A stretch of DNA of 64,000 nucleotides, from the NCBI GenBank assembly GCA_965208785.1, contig OZ242356.1, positions 2,562,929 to 2,626,928 of the forward strand, read 5' to 3'. Both the position numbers and the translations under genes were made by a program. The notes under the pieces were generated by a model. That model did no database searches and was not told the DNA's origin. It saw only the letters and a program-made list of their open reading frames with translations. Shown in pieces: positions 61,645 through 64,000 of the stretch. Within the stretch, counting starts at the first letter, position 1, and each line of letters opens with the position of its first letter. Origin of the DNA: Acidimicrobiales bacterium. Its GTDB lineage: Bacteria; Actinomycetota; Acidimicrobiia; Acidimicrobiales; Bin134.

Positions 61645-64000
61645 ATGAAGAAACTACTAATCCTGTTGCTCAGCACAGCCTTGATCGCGTCCTCCTGCTC
61701 GGACAGCGAATCGCATATTCCGATAACCGGGCAGATGAACGCGGGCGAAGCCACGGCGACCGGCGAGGCGGAACCGACTCCTGAGGGCACCGTAGAGCCC
61801 GCAGCGCCGGCTGAGGCTGGCGAAGAAGAGGCAGAGACAGCCCAAACTGAGGCACCGCAACCAGATGACGGGTGCCAGACAACCGGATTTGACGGGGCCG
61901 CAGGCGGGGAGGGCCTCCTGCCGGTGGACCCCGACGTGAAGATCGGAGAGCTCGACAACGGACTCACGTACTACCTGCGGTCCAACGCCAGTCCGGGCAA
62001 TGCGCTGTCGTTGCGGCTGGTGGTCAACGCAGGATCCCTCAATGAGCCGATTGCCGGCGCGGGCTATGCCCATTTCTTGGAGCACATGCTGTTCAACGGC
62101 ACCGAGAAGTATCCCGGCAACGAGATCACCGACGCCCTTCAGAGCATAGGGGTGGAGTTCGGCCCCGACATCAACGCCTACACCTCCTACGACGAGACCG
62201 TCTACATGCTCGATCTGGTTATCGACGAGGAGGAGGGCTCGGTGGACACCGCCTTCGACGTGCTGGCCCAGTGGGCCCACGCCGCCACGATCACGCCCGA
62301 GGATGTGGAGGAGGAGCGGGGCATAATCCGAGATGAGTACCGCCTGGGGCGGGAGTCGGGTGACGGGATCATCTTTCAGGTATTCGATGAGATGTATACC
62401 GATGACTCCCCCTACGCGGGGATGACGCCGATCGGCACGGTGGAGGTCATCGAGGCGACCACCGCGGAGGATCTCCGAGCCTTCTATGAGACGTGGTACG
62501 TGCCCTCCAATATGGCGGTGGTGGCAGTGGGCGATCTGCCCATCGAAACGCTGGAGGCTTTGGTTGAGCAGCACTTCTGCGGCCTCGCAGCCGACGATGC
62601 CCCAGATGCCCCCGACAACTGGTCTGCACTGAACCCGCAGCCGGCATTCGACATCGCCACCTCCCCCGAGCAGCCGTATTCCTACCTCTCACTGGATATC
62701 CGCCTGCCGTCGTGGGATCCCAACACCATCGACGGGGACCGAGAGCTGTGGATCGAGCAAGTCATCAGCATCATGGTGGGAAACCGCTTGCAGGACGGCT
62801 ACGAGCAGGGCTTCTTATCGCAGATCGATCCGACGCACTGGTCGGAGTTCTCCTACACCAGGGGCCTGCGGTACTACGGCACCAACCTGCGGGCCGAGGA
62901 CTTCTCCGCCGCCCTCACCGACTACTGGTCGCTGCTGTTGAGCCTGGCCGAGCACGGCTTCGCCGACGCCGACCTGGATCGAGCGATCAACACGATCAGA
63001 GCCGATCTGCAATCGGCGGTCGAGGCAGCGCCCACCATCCAGGATCCCCAGCACGCCAGCCGGTATGCCTCGCACTTCTTGGAGGGCCGCGACATCGGGG
63101 CCATCGAGGACACCGCGGCCCGCGTAGACGCGCTGCTCGGGGAGCTTGAGGTTGACGACCTCACTGAACGCTACCGGGAGATCCTCGACGCCAGCGGAGT
63201 TATCTTGATCGCGGTGGGCCCCGGCCCCTCAGAGGTGCCCAGCATTGAGGAAATGCGGGCTGCGCTCGATGCGGCTGAGCCGGGGGAGCTGCCGGAACAG
63301 CCCGGCGAGGCCGCCGAGCTGCTGTCGGCGCCCGAACCGGTTGACCCGGCGAGCGAGGGAGTGGTCGACGCCCTGGCCGACGAGTTGGACGACGTGTATG
63401 AATGGGTGTTCGCCAACGGTGCCCGCGTGACCTATGCCTACTCCGACATAGCCGAGAACGAGGTGAACCTGGACGCGACCTCCTGGGGTGGCTGGTCGTC
63501 GCTCCAAGAAGGTGACCGGCCGCTGGCCCAGTATTTGGCCACCCGGGCCGTGGTCAACAGCGGTCTGGGCGATCTGACCCCCTCCCAGATATCCCGCTAC
63601 CTAGACGACCACAACGCCGCGGTGTCGCCGTACGTCGCGGAGACCACCGAGGGCTTCTCAGGAGCCTCCGACACTGCGGGCGTCGAAACGATGTTCCAGC
63701 TCATGCACTTGTACATGACCCAGGCCCGTATCGACGATCAGGCGTTCACAGAAGCAGCCGACATCGGTGGCATCCTCCTCTCGCTGTCGCAGGCCGATCC
63801 CGACTGGCAGGGGGCGCTGGCCTACCTGGAGGCGCGATTCGGCGATGCGTTCGGCTGGTTCAACCTGGCCGCCCCCCAGGAGAGGCTCGACACCCTGACG
63901 GCCGATGAGATTCTGGAGATTTACCGCAGCCGCTTCGGCGGAGTGGACGACCTCGAGGTGATCGTCGTCGGCGATGTGGACCGCGACACAGTGGATCGGA
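61645..64000 (+). CDS. M16 (pitrilysin/insulinase) family zinc peptidase lipoprotein, 3'-truncated by the window edge
   Basis: Not in the ORF track because no stop is reached. ATG 61645, MKKLLILLLSTALIASSC lipobox-like signal, inverted zinc motif HFLEHMLFNGT. The frame is open to position 64000 (...LEVIVVGDVDRDTVDR). Confidence 0.85.
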   Translation, partial: MKKLLILLLSTALIASSCSDSESHIPITGQMNAGEATATGEAEPTPEGTVEPAAPAEAGEEEAETAQTEAPQPDDGCQTTGFDGAAGGEGLLPVDPDVKIGELDNGLTYYLRSNASPGNALSLRLVVNAGSLNEPIAGAGYAHFLEHMLFNGTEKYPGNEITDALQSIGVEFGPDINAYTSYDETVYMLDLVIDEEEGSVDTAFDVLAQWAHAATITPEDVEEERGIIRDEYRLGRESGDGIIFQVFDEMYTDDSPYAGMTPIGTVEVIEATTAEDLRAFYETWYVPSNMAVVAVGDLPIETLEALVEQHFCGLAADDAPDAPDNWSALNPQPAFDIATSPEQPYSYLSLDIRLPSWDPNTIDGDRELWIEQVISIMVGNRLQDGYEQGFLSQIDPTHWSEFSYTRGLRYYGTNLRAEDFSAALTDYWSLLLSLAEHGFADADLDRAINTIRADLQSAVEAAPTIQDPQHASRYASHFLEGRDIGAIEDTAARVDALLGELEVDDLTERYREILDASGVILIAVGPGPSEVPSIEEMRAALDAAEPGELPEQPGEAAELLSAPEPVDPASEGVVDALADELDDVYEWVFANGARVTYAYSDIAENEVNLDATSWGGWSSLQEGDRPLAQYLATRAVVNSGLGDLTPSQISRYLDDHNAAVSPYVAETTEGFSGASDTAGVETMFQLMHLYMTQARIDDQAFTEAADIGGILLSLSQADPDWQGALAYLEARFGDAFGWFNLAAPQERLDTLTADEILEIYRSRFGGVDDLEVIVVGDVDRDTVDR

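Noticed and set aside
61547-61648. 33-codon ORF exactly bridging the ABC ATPase stop (TGAATG) and the M16 peptidase start (ATGA overlap)
   Set aside because: Third-codon positions are mostly A/T, unlike genuine genes here. The peptide is basic and featureless. It is probably non-coding leader sequence.

Overview
This is a high-GC chromosomal segment, roughly two-thirds G+C by eye. GTG/TTG starts and ATGA-overlapping gene junctions are frequent, and a mycothione-reductase-like gene points to an Actinomycetota-type organism. I call about 55 protein-coding genes. I found no rRNA, tRNA or CRISPR array.

Layout:
- 0-8 kb: aroC sits in an operon with a lower-GC hicAB toxin-antitoxin pair. A single-gene Fic islet is bracketed by imperfect direct repeats, followed by a CoA-transferase.
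- 8-33 kb: a large sugar or sugar-acid catabolic supercluster. It holds 2 enolase-superfamily dehydratases, 6 SDRs, a lactonase-type amidohydrolase, a rhamnose-mutarotase-like gene, a Gfo/Idh/MocA oxidoreductase, a CUT2 ABC importer, an MlrC/M81-like protein and a ceramidase-like protein. It also holds 2 AraA/FucI-like paralogs, an E1-beta/E1-alpha thiamine-diphosphate (TPP) dehydrogenase with a free-standing lipoyl domain, and 2 paralogs of an unassigned cysteine-rich protein. Seven copies of a 14-bp palindrome (TGGAAACGTTTCCA-like) sit in its promoter gaps, and there is one LacI-family regulator.
- 33-57 kb: acyl-CoA and lipid metabolism (3 AMP-ligases, 3 acyl-CoA dehydrogenases, crotonases, DUF35 plus SCPx-thiolase plus P450, TauD). 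This stretch also carries mtr, coaE, gcvP and a MacB-type exporter with a large lipoprotein adaptor.
- 57-64 kb: a second CUT2 ABC importer whose binding protein carries an EPMDD tandem repeat, then an M16 peptidase that runs off the window edge.

The most unusual items are the operator-linked regulon with its unassigned cysteine-rich paralogs and the E2-less E1/lipoyl module. Also notable are a 4x 17-bp tandem repeat of an ATGA gene junction and a 187-bp inverted-repeat (MITE-like) intergenic element.

All functional calls rest on motifs recognised by eye. No database search was possible.
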